In this document: piece after piece, positions 1 to 14,473 of the stretch
How the letters are laid out: each line of letters begins with the position of its first letter
How positions within the stretch are numbered: position 1 is the first letter of the stretch
Assembly (NCBI RefSeq): GCF_036321535.1
Contig: NC_087437.1
Coordinates: 62,932,001-62,996,000 of the forward strand
Source of the DNA: Camelus dromedarius
Taxonomy: Eukaryota
Direction of reading: 5' to 3'
DNA length: 64,000 nucleotides
The notes under the pieces: model-generated
What the model saw: the letters and a program-made list of their open reading frames with translations, nothing else
Told to the model about the DNA's origin: nothing
The model's database searches: none
Position numbers and translations under genes: made by a program

Positions 1-125
1 CCAGAGGAAGGTGAGGCTTGGAGACATGAGGTAACATGCTCAAGGACACCCAGGTAGTGAGACGTGTGGCCATGATGCCAACCCAGGAAGTCTCTCGCTC
101 TCCTACCAGTACTCTTAACCTCTAC
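1..125 (-). mobile_element. MIR fragment
   Basis: gaggaaggtgaggcttggagacatgaggtaacatgctcaaggacacccaggtagt...actcttaacc. Confidence 0.7.
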
Positions 126-1794
126 GTTTAAGGAGAAGAGTGAGCCTCACAACCTAATTTAAGAATTTATTTAAATGCTGGGGCAGGGTTCTCCCCAGGC
201 ACAGTAAAATTTAAACATCATTGGCACAGACTCCAAAGAGTTTTCACTTAAAAACCTTGTTTAGAGAGAGAACTTGATGCTTTGATGAAACAACAAAAGT
301 GACATATCTACAGGAAACGCAGATTCTGTCTTCTTCCTGAGGTCACGTGTAACAGTCATATGGTCAAGTCACAGCAGGGAGAAGATCTGGGGCATAACCA
401 ATGGGGGCAATGAGGCTGCATCACGGAAGGTGAGAATTGGAGGGGACGTGGGGAATGGAGGCCCATCGGCCACACTAGACAGAAGAAACTAAGGTCTAAA
501 GAGAAAGAACAGGGACTTCCAAAGTCAGTCTGCTTGTTGGTGATGCAACTGGACCTTGGATTCAGCCAGCATGTTTTCCCCAATTTGACTCTTTCCAGCA
601 AACCCTACCACTTCCCAACTTGAGGCCCAAATAGGTAACACTAAACAACGAGCAAGTGAAGAAATTGTTCCTATTTTGCCAACTATTCCTAAGGCTGATG
701 TTGATTTAAGTGAAGGCTTTTGCTTTTGGTGAGGGTTGTTGGCACATTAGATGGATTTAGGAGAACCTGGCTGAATGCTAAAACTTCATACCTGAAAATA
801 AAGATAAGGAAATTCCCTACTTCCATCTACGTTTGTAAAAATCAAAGCGTGAGCCCTTAATTAATTTGGCTTGGAGGGCTAAATACCAACCAACTTTTTG
901 ATTGTGTTAATTGTCCTTTTTCTGAGACAACAGTTACTTTACCTTTAGTTCAAATATAGTTCATTAGACATACAAAGTAAATGCCCAACCCATTTATTCC
1001 CTCAGTCCTGTGTCTCTGAAGTCCTGTATTCCTTGGCCATTCAAGTCCTGGGCAAGGCCCGTTCTAGGTCCACCTCCAACCCCAATCCCTAACCCCAGCT
1101 CTGGTGTGACTGCCCTGTCCCTTCCTCCAAGCCAGAGATGAGATAGATGCCCAAGGTATATGGCAGCAGAATGAGCTTCCCTGAGGCCCTGGAATCATGT
1201 CCCTTGAGGCTTCCTGGGCTATGTCAGCCTGAGCAGCTGGCTGAGGCAGGAGCAGGGGAACAGCCAGTCCCAGCAGAGAGGGCTGAAGAGGCCAATCAAG
1301 GCTCTTTTAACAAAGCTCATTCCTAGAACAGGATATTGTGGGGGTGAGCATCCCATCTGCCTGGGGTATTTTCACCCACTCAGCCCTCACAGTTAAGGTG
1401 GCCGCCAAGCACAGCCAGTCTTCAAGGACTGCCAGCTCTGTTACCAAGGGTACTTGGCACTTAAACAGAGATGTGCTTGCCGAAGGTCTTGCCGGCATCC
1501 TGGTCCTAAGTGCCACAGGTTTTCAGGCAGATGAGGTTCTCCACCTGCCAGACACATCAGTATGTGAAAGGATGAGGGATCAGCATCCCTGCAGGGTTTC
1601 TCTGCACAGCATCTTTTTTGGGTACCATGTCTGCACTCTCATGGTTTCCAGTCTTAGCTGGATAGCCAGCTAACGTGAGCATCATGAGGACAAGCTGTAG
1701 GGTAAAACCCTGAGTCCAGACAAGATTCTCAGTCACAGTTTCTCCCTTCCCCAATAAGGCCTTGAAAAGGTACAAGCCATGGCCAAGAACACTA

Positions 1795-2330
1795 CTTCTC
1801 AAACTTTAACATGCACAAGATTTACCTGGAGATTTTGTTAAAATGCAGATTCAGACTCACTAAGTCTGGGATTCTGCCTTTCTAATCAGCTCTCAAGTGA
1901 TGCTGGCATTGCTGGTCCAGGGCCCACACTTTGAGTAGGTCCTAGATCAGGGTCGGTAGATTGGAGGTGCATCAGAATCACCTGGAGGGCTTACTGAACT
2001 ACAGATTTTTGGGCCTCACCCCCAGGAGATCCTGATGTGGCAGGTTCTAGGGATGGGCCCTTGAACTTGCATTTCTAACAAGTTCTTGGGTAATGCTGAT
2101 GTTGCTGATCTGGGCACTGCATTTGGAAGTCACTGCCCGAGGGCATTTCATAGATATCAGCTGCTGTGATTTAACCATCGCAATGAAAAACAGTGGTTCT
2201 CAGCCCTAGCTGCATGGGGGCATCACCTGCGGAGCTTTTGCTGATACCCAAGTCCTACTGAGAGGTGTTCAATCAGAATATCTGGGCATTGTCGTTTTGA
2301 AAACAGTCCCCAGACAGACTATGATGTAAA
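1795..2330. mobile_element. Cluster of three MER5A/B-type MITEs (~1795-1938, ~1948-2135, ~2191-2330)
   Basis: Repeated hallmarks: ttctcaaact, tcacctggag..cttgttaaaatgcagattc-like, tgcatttctaacaag, acactttgag, cagtggttctca. Confidence 0.8.
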
Positions 2331-3357
2331 TGGAGGGTCCTTCCAGGAGCTGTGTGGAGCCTGGTCTATACCCAGTAAACAGGCCTGGGTCTCACAGGCA
2401 GCTGCAGTCTGTTCACAACGTAAATAAAAATTCAAGGAAAGATAATGCTGACCAAAGTAAATAGAATTTACTAGATAGTCTCTCCTCTGGTGAGAAGTGA
2501 AGTTCCTCTGAATGCTGGTATATATTCTCTCAGGTCATTAAAAGAAACATAGTACCCTAAAGTCAAGTTTGATTGCTAAGGTCTGCCTGACGATCTCAGG
2601 ATTCTAAATGTCCTTCATGATCTACAGGGACATGGACCAATCACGTTTTAACGAGTTGATGGCCTGAGCCCCTGTCTGCCTCCTCCTGGAAGACCCAGGG
2701 TGGGTGGGGATGTGGAGATCTGACTTCTAGAACTCTACTGGTGTGTGCCCAGACCGGCAACTTCTTTTTTCTGGACTAGCTGGACAAGTGGACCGCTATG
2801 GCTCTCTCCAGTTCTAACATCAAAGGCTGTTTTGGAAAGTGGCAGGTGTAACAGTAAGGGCTTCTGTTAGATAAATAGTGAATAAATCCTGAGCAGGAAA
2901 AGAAGTCAAGTCTGGGTAGCTCAGCCAGTGTTTTTTGAGAAGTTATAAAATTATATGACCTTGCCATAAATTTTATCAGCACTTTTCTTACATGCACGCA
3001 CAGACCAGTGATAAGAAAAATGAAGACTCAGAAGCATGAACTGGAGATGAGGAGCTAGCCCTGAGGGTGGAGGACAGGGCAGGAAAATGTGTGTGTGTGT
3101 GTGTGTGGGCGGTGGGGCAGGGCAGGGTGGAATAGCGACATCTACACATTTGAATACAGTTCACAAGGATGGCTGACTGCTTTTGGAGCCCACTTGGGCT
3201 TTGTTTCTTCAACCACCATGTTTTTGAATCTGTGCTGATTTCCATCATTGGTTTTTCCCCCACATCCCACAGTACCAGGAGATCCTGGCCCTATTCCTAT
3301 CTTTACCACAGCCTAACCAGGCAACCTTGGACAAGTAATTTTAGCTCCCAGGCTTCA

Positions 3358-3789
<432 letters not shown>

Positions 3790-5444
3790 CTAATCCAACC
3801 TTCAGATCTGTCTCTGCTTTGCATCTCCTTTTTGACCCCCAGAGCACATTTAAGCAATGGTACCATGCACCCAGGTATGCATGCCTTTAAAAGTGTTCTC
3901 CCTGTGCATCAATGTCTACAGCAGCAATAAACACTTATATGATGAATTATGGTTTAGAAAGTTTTTGCACACTCCATCTCATCCCACCCCTACAATAACC
4001 TAGAGAGGCAGGCAGGGTGGAGATCTCCAGGTCCATCTCACACAAGAGGAAGCTGACGCTCACTCACACAGATGGAATGGTTTGGCCAGAGTTCACTGTG
4101 CTCACAAGGGGCGTGACCTGAGAACATAATTTGGTTCTTCTCCAGACTGCAAAGACTTTGTCCACCATACATACTGTAACTATTGTTCTAAAAGTCTCAT
4201 AATTGGAGAGGTCCTTAGAAATTAAACGCTGAGTCTAGCTCTTCAAGAAACAGAAACAGAGGGCTGGAGAAGCCTGGTGAAGGGCCTGAGGTTACACAAT
4301 CAGTTAGAGCCGGTACACACCAAACCCAGGGGTTCCAATCTGGTTCCCGTATTCTGTTATACAGGATTCTCTCTACTACAAAGGCCAATACCTGGAAGTG
4401 GTGACTAAACAAGGTGTAAATGTGTAGCTTCTAGAAATACAAGCAGATTATACTCTATTGAAAGGCATGAATGATCCTAATGAAGACTGAAGCATGTAAT
4501 GAAGGGAAACTTTGCCTTCATATGAGCTTGCTAATTGGTTTCTGCTCTACACCCTCACTCACATGACTTGACCTTGTTTGCTCTCAAATATGTGCCTGCA
4601 AACAGAGACTGAATCCTACACTTCCTTTACAGTCGCTGCAATCACCCACAGAGTAGGAACTCAGAAGTACTGAACTGGATAATAATTCCACCTGATTCAT
4701 GAATCAGATAAAACCTTTTCTAAAGTGGTTTTCAGGTGTTATTCACGCTACCCCAACGGAAGCCTCAGCCCAGATCGCGCAGTGGCAGCATGGCCCAGGC
4801 AGCCTAAGCATATGGTCTAGGGCCGCAGCTTGGTGATTTTCACCATGTTGGGTCTCATTCCAGCTGAACTGTGGCATAACCTTCCCAGTTACCAAACACT
4901 GCTGGCCCCAGGGGAGTAGTAGCAGGGGACAAAGGGATGGAAAGACCAGCTTGATGCAGCCAGGAGATGGCGCTGTTCCATCCTGTGCTGGGGCCATATG
5001 TCCTGGGGTGGGATGGGAAAGCAGTCCCTCATGATCGGCTGCCGTCTGGGTCAAGGGATTCCATTTTTTGTCTAACAGTAAGACTTTTCTCCATTGCAAG
5101 CATAGTTGCTCTCTTTGAAGCAGAAATGGGGGAACTGAAAAAATCTGCCTTCACTGCTGTGGGTTCTCACCTTATGCCCCCACCTCTCTGCAGGTCAACA
5201 AAGGGATCCACTGAGCTCTGCCCAAAAACCTACTATCCACTTATTGTGGGGAGTCCTTGGGGACCTGTGCATTGGCAGGCAAAAGGTTTTTGTTGTATCT
5301 CAGCTTTGAAAAGCACTTCATTCTTTAACTAGAGAAGGGAGTTAAACTGAGAAAAATAAGAGAGATAATTTATAATTTATAAGAGATCACTTTATAGGAT
5401 GAATAGGCTTTTGTAGACAGAGCTTATAAATGTGTTTTCCCTTC

Positions 5445-6330
5445 CTGTATTAAAGTATAATTTACATACAATAAGACACACAAATTTTAAGCATTCAGTT
5501 CTATTAAGTTTTGACAATTTTAGATACCAGGGTAGCCATCACCAAAAACAAAATACAGAGCCTTTCCATCACCCTAGACAGTCTACTTGCGCCCCTTTTC
5601 AGTCAGGTCCTGCCCCCTGCACCCACCCCTGCCTCCCACCTCAGGTACCACTTTCTGATTTCTATCCTCACAGATTCTTGGATTCCATACGAATGAAGTC
5701 ATACAGTATGGACGCTTACATGTCTGGCTTTCTGTGTTCCACACACTATATTTAAGATTCATTCTTATTGTATCAGTTCATTCCTTGCTACTGCTAAGTG
5801 CGGTTCCCTTGAGCAGATGCACAGTGACTTGTTTATCCATTCTCCAGCTCATGAACGCCTGGGTTGTTTCCAGGATTTGGCTATTATGAGTAAGGCTGAT
5901 GTGACAGTTCTCACACAGGCCTTTCTGCGGACATAGGTTTTCACTTGAGAGTCACCTAGGAGTGCAATTGTAGGGTCATAGGGTAGGTGTACATTTAACG
6001 TTCCCAAGAGGAATTTCACATTCCCAACAGGAACATATGACAGTTCCAGCTACTCACCATCATTTGGTATTATTGGTCTATTTAATTTTAGCCATGCTAG
6101 TGGGTGTGAAGTGTTATCTTAGTATGGTTTTAGGTTGTAGTTCCCTAATGACTCACGATGGTGAGCACATTTTCATATGCTTACTGGCCACTGGTATCTA
6201 CTTTTAGAAAGTGTCGTGTTTTTTTCCTCATTTTTCAAAAATCAGGTTATCTTTTGATATAGATTTATATATATCTTAATAGAGTTCTTAATATATGTTG
6301 GCTATAAGTCATTTATCAGATAATATGTTG
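5445..6330 (-). mobile_element. L1M (L1MB/MC-like) 3' end
   Basis: ataatttacatacaata, gtttatccattctcc, tttggctattatgagtaaggctg, ttttagccatgctagtgggtgtgaagtg: typical antisense L1 3' region. Confidence 0.85.
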
Positions 6331-9089
6331 AAAAGAGACCAAACAAAATTTTTAGTCCATTTCCATGTGTACAAACTGAGGGAAATAAGACTAAAACTAA
6401 GATAACATGTATGAAAGGAACAGTCTGCCTTTAAATTTGAGTTTTTGTTTTGCTTCCATGAAACTGAGTCTATGAAGAAGCTGTTTGCTGCAGGAAGGTC
6501 TCACAGGGGTCCCAGGCCTGAATCTGTGGAATGGAAAAGCAAGTGTGCAGGGTCCTGGTTAGGGCAGAGCAAAGGGGAGGTGCTTGAGTTGGGAGAGTGA
6601 GGCTTGGAGGTCTGGTGTCTTGGGAATCTGGATCTAAACCAAATGTGAAATGTGCCCAGGATTCTACATCCAATGTTTCCCTATTCCTTCCTGCCCACTT
6701 CTCCACCTGCAGCACCCAATACCGTTAAGCTGAAGGGTCCAAGCCTGTCATGAAGCCTGAAGAGAATTTCAAGGAGCTACTCAGCGCAACAGCCTGACTT
6801 CCAAGGCTGCCCTCCCTCAGCCTATACGCTCTTTACTTCCTCTATGTCTGACTCTCTCCTCCCAATTCCCTCAAGCACTGATGCCTGGAGTCTTGAAATA
6901 GTCTGATTTATGTTTTTCTAGAGTTTGAATTATTTTCTTTCCTGAGTATTTTCTTTCCTGAATATTTTCTGTTTTCTAAAGGAATATTCTGTCATTGGGA
7001 GCCTCCTCTCCACCTTCTTTCCAGAGCACAAGGCTGGCACATACATAGAGGGGGCTCTTTTTCTTTCTTTAAAGAAAAAAATTTGTCTTCAAACCTGAAG
7101 CTTACTTTACTGCTAATGAACAAACCTAGCTTTCCAACTTCATCTCACACTCTTTTGTTCCATGAATCAGTCATCTCCTTTACTCCCTGACCCAGAGAGT
7201 TAGCTCTGCCCTCTCCAGCCACCTTCCCGAGTCCAGCAGCCCGGAAACACCCTTATCCATCCTTCCGATCTGCTCAAGTCCTCACCGTCCTTCAGAGTCA
7301 ACCCTCTGGCTTGAAGAACTTCATGACAACCCCCAGACCCTGACGTTTTCTCTGGCTTATCTCGTAACAGGTGACATGGGCTAGTTTGCAAACAGAGACA
7401 AGGCCATGAAAAGAAAAACCTGCCTAGGGGATTAATCTGGTGATCTAACTCCACTTGGAAAAGAAACCTGGAAGAATCTGTTCTGGGCAGAAACCAGGGC
7501 CTGAACCAAATGAGCGAAAGATGGAACACAAAGTACCCACAGGGCATTAGCCTTCAATCAACCTATTTTGCTTTCTCCCTCCACTCAGTTAGCTCCATCT
7601 CAGCTCAGGGCTCACTCAGTTCCTCTCTTGGCTCCGGTGGCCTCTCTCTGCCTCACTCTTCTGAATTAATTGGAGTGTTAGGATACCATGACCTCTCTGA
7701 GAGATACACTGGCAGTATTTCTATTCTAGCAACTATCCACTCTAGAGCCACAGCCATAAGGGAAATCGGAGAAGGAGCTAAACAGGAATTCAGAAAGGAT
7801 AAGAGGCAGGGGGAAATGAGGAGCACTTCAAAAAGAAGCCCAAGACTTTGCTGCCAGATGAGACTCATTCAGTCCAGTATTCTGCTGCCAAAAACTGACC
7901 CTAGGGACAGAGTTTAGCAGCCGCCTTGGGCTCGGTTCTCAAGAGCCCTCTTCACTGTCTCCTCCCATTTTCTGGGTCCTTCCCAGTAGTTTTTATAAAG
8001 AACACTTTTGCCCCTCACCCCCAAGTGTACCTGCCTGAAACAAAACTCACCTGCCCCTTCTCTTCTCACTTCTAATGGTCTATCCCCATCAACTTAGCTC
8101 TTTATTATCAGCTGCAAAGTTGGAAATCTCACTGTGTGGTCCTTCTCTTCAGACCATTTTTAGGTGCTGGTGATCATGATAAAGATGAGGATCACGGTTA
8201 AAAGAAGGTATTTTACCCTGTTTCATGCATTTATCGTGGAACAGTGTTGAGCATTTGATTTCCTTTTATTTAACCCTCATAGCAACTCTAGGAGGAAATG
8301 AAGGCACAGAGAGGTCAGATCATTTGCCCCATGGTCTCAGAGCTGGTGGTGGCAGAGCTGAGCATTCAACTACAAAGTCCAGTGCTCTCAACCACAGTGT
8401 CATATGCATAGAGCTGGTCCAAGAACAAACTTCAGGGGACAGCTTTCTTTTTTTCTCACTTGAGGAAGTGCCCGATTAACCTTTCCCCTGTTTTCTTCTC
8501 TAAAAAACCCCCATAAACATATGATAACTCCATTTTCTTCATCTCATGTGACCCTTTTAAATTAACCATATGTTCCCTGAACAGATCAATAAATTGTGTT
8601 TGTAGCCTTATACAATGCCTTTCGAAAAAACACAGCTCTCCTCCAATAGGATATTTTTGTTTAAGACTTCAGTAATTTTAAAAAATTGAGTATTTATCCT
8701 CAGTATAAAGGGCCATGTTAACCTATCTAGAATTCTCTGGTCCCCCAGGGGCCTTTGGCATGAACAAGAGACATATGTGCAATCTGGCATTGGGGTGTAA
8801 ACACTGGGACAAAAGCTGTAGCAAAGAGAAGTGTAAGTGCCCTCTGTGTGGGCATGTTTTCTGAATGACAAGAGCAAATGCCATGGCTCTCACAGCGGTT
8901 ACATGAACACTCAGGGATCGTCTAATGATGATTAGGTAACAAATTCAGAGAGAAACAATGGGGGAGAGTAAGATGGGAAGTTTGCTTAAAATCTGGAAGC
9001 AAATATATATACATATCTATATATACACGTGTATGTATATATAGTATATTCATACATATTATTTAGATATTTAGGTATTTCATTAATAA

Positions 9090-9345
9090 TAATAATGCTG
9101 ACTACAATGTATTAAAGTGTTTATTGTTAGGAGCTTTGCTAAAAATGCTCTATGTGTTAACTCGCTAAATCCTTAATAATCCTATGCACTAGGAATTATT
9201 ATTTTCATACCTATTTCTCTGATGAGGAAACTAAGGGAGTAATTTGCTTACAATCACACAATTAGTATAGCCAGTGAAACAGGTTTCAAACCCAGACAGT
9301 CTAACTCAAAATACTGCACACTCAATGACTGTACTATACTGCTTC
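9090..9345 (-). mobile_element. MIR
   Basis: gatgaggaaactaagg...aatttgcttacaatcacacaattagt...tttcaaacccagacagtctaactcaaa. Confidence 0.75.
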
Positions 9346-11049
9346 TCAGCAAAGGGTGTGTGTGACTGAGTGTACATGTGCGTGTGTATAAACACTACAT
9401 ATGTTATGTATATTAAGGTCCAATTCCATTCCAATTAACAGTGAGGAGGAAGGATCCAAGGCATTTCATTGTGGTAAGATGCTCTGAAATACATGAGCTG
9501 TCAGTTGCAAATGAACACCTTTCCCTTTCATAATGTCATTATTTGTATTAAGATGAGAAAAGTGAAAGCTAAATTTTCTCACTGATCTACAAGTGCTGGC
9601 TGATAGGGAAAGACATACGGCAGCTAAAGAGACAGTCCCATTGCATGGGAAGAGCCATTTTATCTATAGTGAGTATGTATATTGGTGTAAGTCACCACTG
9701 TGAAACTAAAAGAAATTACCATAGTCATTTGTTTTTCTTGTCTAGTCAAGTGTTCTTTTCTGTTAATCATAACTTATTAAATGATGAGATTTAGTGAATT
9801 CTAATACAGATTATTTTAAAAGTATATAATAGAATTTCATCTGTTTTGGAAATGTATATAACCTTCTAAAGAGTTAAACTGTTTATTTACGTAGCTATAT
9901 GAAGACCTTTGAGGATATTGCAAGAGTTTTCTAGAAAAGAAGAACTTAACACTAAAGAAATCCACTTAGTTTTTTGATTTCTGGCAAAAAAAAAATGTAA
10001 GAACATATTGCGACACTGTAACTGATGAGTTCTAATTGTTCAGTTACTGAATTTCTATTCCAATTAGATAATTTGGATAATTGAACACAATTTTTATGAC
10101 CAAGTTCATGTTATTTTTTTTCATTATCATCATGATGAAAACTGAGATCTTTGATATAATTATGACTGATCTTGAGGGGATCTTGGCTGTTTATCTTGTC
10201 TGTATTTTTGCCTCTTAATCAGTTTGAGACATGTAGGAATCTATTCTTTTCAAAAGATCTCCCCTCTGTTGAAGAGCTCCTATGACATATACTGTTTACC
10301 CATTCCAGAACTTATCAATGCTTTAGGCTCAGAATGGGTTTTCTCCTGTGAAGGCTAAACACCCAGTGCTGGACTTTACATCATTTCCTTCTACCGAGTT
10401 CCCTGCATCTTTACCAGAAACAAGAAGCAGATAGCATTTGAACTTTGATAACATAACCTGACTTCAGGCTCACAGCTCCTTACCCACCCTATTACAGGAT
10501 GATCTGAAAAGTTCCATCAGGGATCTTTGATGACCTACCAAAAACAACTGACTTGTTGGAATACTAAAGCTGTGTGAATAATCCCTTTTATTTTTATTTT
10601 TTAAAGGAATATGGTAGAGGAAACCCCCAATGATCCTGAAATCAATCAGACAAAAGTCTAGAAGAAACTATCAAATAAATATTTTGTGAGAATTTTGGTT
10701 TACTTGTATTTATCCTGCATTTCCTTCACAAAAGATCTGGGGGTACATTTAGAAAAAGCTACAGGGACCCCAGGACAAACTCATGAAGACTGATCTCAAA
10801 CAGGTCTCATTTTCTTTCTTGGTAGAGTTACTATGTTGGTGGATTGGAGGCATGTTACAAACATGGAGAACAGCAAGGCTCTGCAGAGCCTCACACTGTA
10901 TCTGCGGAGGAAAAGGTTATGAAATTGCACAAGATGATGTGGCCCTTGGCAGGAATGCCTGTGCAGGCTGATGGCTTTGTGTCACCGAATGAGAACTTTC
11001 AGTGAAGCACCACAGGGCGCTGCCTGACCTGGCCGATGTTTCAAATTGT

Positions 11050-11690
11050 TGAAATATTTATAGCAATAATAAATGCATTTTGATGGGCTGAAGAACTGGG
11101 TCCAAAAACAAAGTAAAATTTGAGAGGAAAAATATATAAAAATTTTGCATTTAAGTTAAAAAAAAAAAAAGGTCAATGTATTGGAAGCACTTACCTTGAA
11201 AGAAAAAAAAAAACCAAACAAACCCAGGGGCTTTTAAGGAAGCACAAGCCTCAGCAGGGCAAGTGATGGAGTCACCATAAAGGGTCCTGTCTCCTTGGGC
11301 TGTGCTGGGAGAGTACCAGCATCCTGGATGCACAGCTCCCAGGGGCGTGTGTGGAAGCCGGGCGTGGCTAACTAGAGTTCTGCCAGCAGGGGGCAACCAG
11401 GAGAGGTCAGAACACACCCGGAAAGCGGTGAATATATTGGAGACTTGTACTACAGAGAAGGCTGACAATGAAGAGAAATAGTTACCGGAGTTTTAGAGTC
11501 AGAGGGGACTGTAGAAATAACTTACACGTCACAACATTTTTCAGATAAAGGAAAGAGGGCTATGATGACCATTTTCAAATATTTTTAAAGCTGCCAAATA
11601 AGAAAGAGCAGATTTGTTCCATTTTTCCAGAGAGCAGAACTAGGACCAAAGGATGGTAGAAGGATGGAGATTTTGGTTCAGTACAATGAG
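11050..11690 (+). mobile_element. L3/CR1 LINE remnant
   Basis: ttttcaaatattt...agatttgttc...ccagagagcagaactaggaccaaaggatggt...agattttggttcagtacaa resembles the L3 3' region. Left boundary uncertain. Confidence 0.55.
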
Positions 11691-11839
11691 ATCCTGACTT
11701 CTCATCTCTCCCCACATCCCACCCCTACCCTATCCCTGCTTCTGGGCTCTGGAGATAATCTGGGAGAGGCTATATGGCATCCTTCAGAAATGCCAAATCC
11801 TGGCCACCAACTTTGACCCCTCTTCCCTGGGTTGTCTCA

Positions 11840-12063
11840 TCGGGAAACCTTCTGTGGGCAGCCTGACAAAGTTAAGCATTCCTGCCTCAGTGTTCTCATC
11901 AAACTGTGAGTCTCTCTCTACCATAGAATTATCACATTATGGGATGATTTTGTTGCTGTGGTTCTCCCCAACTAGACCCCTAATGGCAGGGATTGTTTTA
12001 TCCTCAATGCCCAACACAGTTTTTGGTACATAGTAGGTGCTCGTTAAATGTTTACGAGATGAA
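11840..12063 (+). mobile_element. L2 3' end
   Basis: ggcagggattgttttatc...cccaacacagtttttggtacatagtaggtgctcgttaaatgttt. Confidence 0.75.
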
Positions 12064-14422
12064 CTTCTATCAGGTGAAAGGCTGCCTGAAGGATCTCTTT
12101 CATGTATAAAATGCTAAGGGTCTCTGCATACAACCAATTGTAGAATTGAGACCACAGTAAACTACAATCAGCCTTCTCTCTTCCAGGCAGAATTTTCCTC
12201 CTTGAGGGCCATTTTCCCCAAGCCTCAGCCTGGCCCCAGCCGGTCCTAAAATGAACCCCATGGGTTTATAGTTGGCTCTTCCATTCCTTACTTGGGTTAA
12301 TTATGCAGATTAATTTTCAGGTGCATTGAGCAAACTTTCATTGTAATTATGGAGTCAGAGATTTAAAAGAAAGACCATAACTGCAGCCCATTTTTCATAA
12401 TGCCCCTTGCACAGAGTGGCTTTCTTGGTGTCATTTCTAGTACTCTCCAACCTTTGTATGCTCACCTCAGGGGATGCCCAAGATTAACTGTTGAAAACAG
12501 AGAGGAAAATTATCTGTATTTAAATATGCATATGTATGTGTACATATACATATGACCTGTACACATATCTTATCAAAACAATAGAAAAGGTATGATATTT
12601 CCCTGGACTTTCACTAGTATACTGATGCTGGAGTCTCACTCGGACCACATGTCAGATGGTGTGGCAGGGGAGGGCTCCTCAGGGACGCTGGAAAGACCAC
12701 AATGCAGAGGGGTTCATTCATTCAGTTGCTTTCAGCATACTTCAAATTATTGCTCTGTTCATGTGCCTAGCTAAATGAACTTACCTATTATCTAGTTTTA
12801 ACTAAATTAACCTTCACAAAAGGACATGTGGCTTAACAAGGTTCCTCAAAGAAACTGCAGTTTGAAGATAATTCTAATCATGAAAGCACAAGGGAACTTT
12901 GAACTCTTTGGCAACCACATTATGGGGTAAAGAAACAGTGACAATCCAGTCAGATCTGTCAGGAAACCAGAAGCAAAAAATAACTGAAAATTATCAAGGA
13001 GACTATTTGAAATATGGAACCACAACGTCTAATGAAAAAGCGAAACTTTACCCTAAGGGCTCAGTGAGTTTTGAGATTATTAGTGATAGTAGAACATATG
13101 TATAATTTATAAACTAATATAGACGCAGGTAGAGGGGGTTGCAAGTTCAAAAATATTTTATTGAGAGTATACAACCAAGAGTTTAGAGACCACTATCTTG
13201 TTCTTGCTTCTAAAAATATTTTTTATTTCTTTCTGATCATTCTGATTAATGGTAGGAAAGGTGAAATGCACAGAGGCATCAAAAACAAGAAAAAGTTACT
13301 TATATGCTTAACACCACAAAATAAACATTGTTTGCATTTGGTGAAGTGTCCCTTCTATCGTAACTGTTTCCTGTAACATATTTTTCATAGAAGGAGGCTG
13401 AACTTACAGGAAAAAAACTTTAGAGAACATCATGTTCTGCTATGGGTCACTTTGCCTAGTCTCCAGGGAGCCTCAGGCATGTCAGGAATGCAGCTGTAGT
13501 CCTGGTTTCTGAACATCTGCCTCATACATTTGGGATAAGTTTCACCCTCAGTGGAAGTACCCCTGACCCTACCCCAGGTATACTGTGGGAGCCATATTCT
13601 TGAGTAAAAGGAGACTGGTGCAGCAATTCATGTGTTACCCTACTTTTAAAATTAATTCATCCATGCCAGCCATCAGTGATATGGTTAAGGAGTCACACTC
13701 AGATTCCCCAGACGTCAGGGGAGCAGGCCTGCTCTGGGTTTCAGTAATCCCTAGGAATTCTGAGTATGTCCATCAAATGCCTTCCTTTGGGGAAGGAAAC
13801 CATTGCTGTAGATCAGTAACAGCCTCTGCCCTGGCTTATGTCAGCTCTGACACATCTCTCATTACAGAAACCACCCTCAGTTTCACACTCTGAATCTTCT
13901 CTAGAAGTTTGCCCTTCATCTCCACAGTGAAACACTTGCTGGTATTTGAAATAATCTCCTCACCCTCAAAAATAACTTCTGACAGTCTGACTTGAAAGAG
14001 AAACTTTCCATAGGTCTGGCAGGATTTCCATTTCTATCTAAGATGAATTACAGCATTTCCTCAAGTTTTGGGCCACACTTGAAATGGGGAACAAGACTCC
14101 TTCTAAAACCTGGGTGTCACTGCCTAAACCAGAGGGGGCAGAGCCAAGTTTTTATCTCTCTCATTTGATCTACTTACTATTTTTATCTCCCTCATTTTGT
14201 TAGACCCTCATTGTACTTCCCTACTTATGTTCTGCTGCACACCAAGCTGTCCAACTTGTCTAGTATTCAGGGTGGGAAGGGGAATTTTTATACAGTACAA
14301 TCTCCGAAGAATGCAAATCCTACAATTTACATATCAAGCGCATCACAACGTTTAAATAGGATCTAATTTTAAATTATTTGATTTACAGTCAACTTCCTTT
14401 GTAAAAAAAAAAAAAAAAGGAC

Positions 14423-14423
<1 letters not shown>

Positions 14424-14470
<47 letters not shown>
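14424..14470. repeat. (TG)n microsatellite next to a poly-A run
   Basis: Uninterrupted TG run, directly visible. Confidence 0.97.
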
Positions 14471-14473
<3 letters not shown>
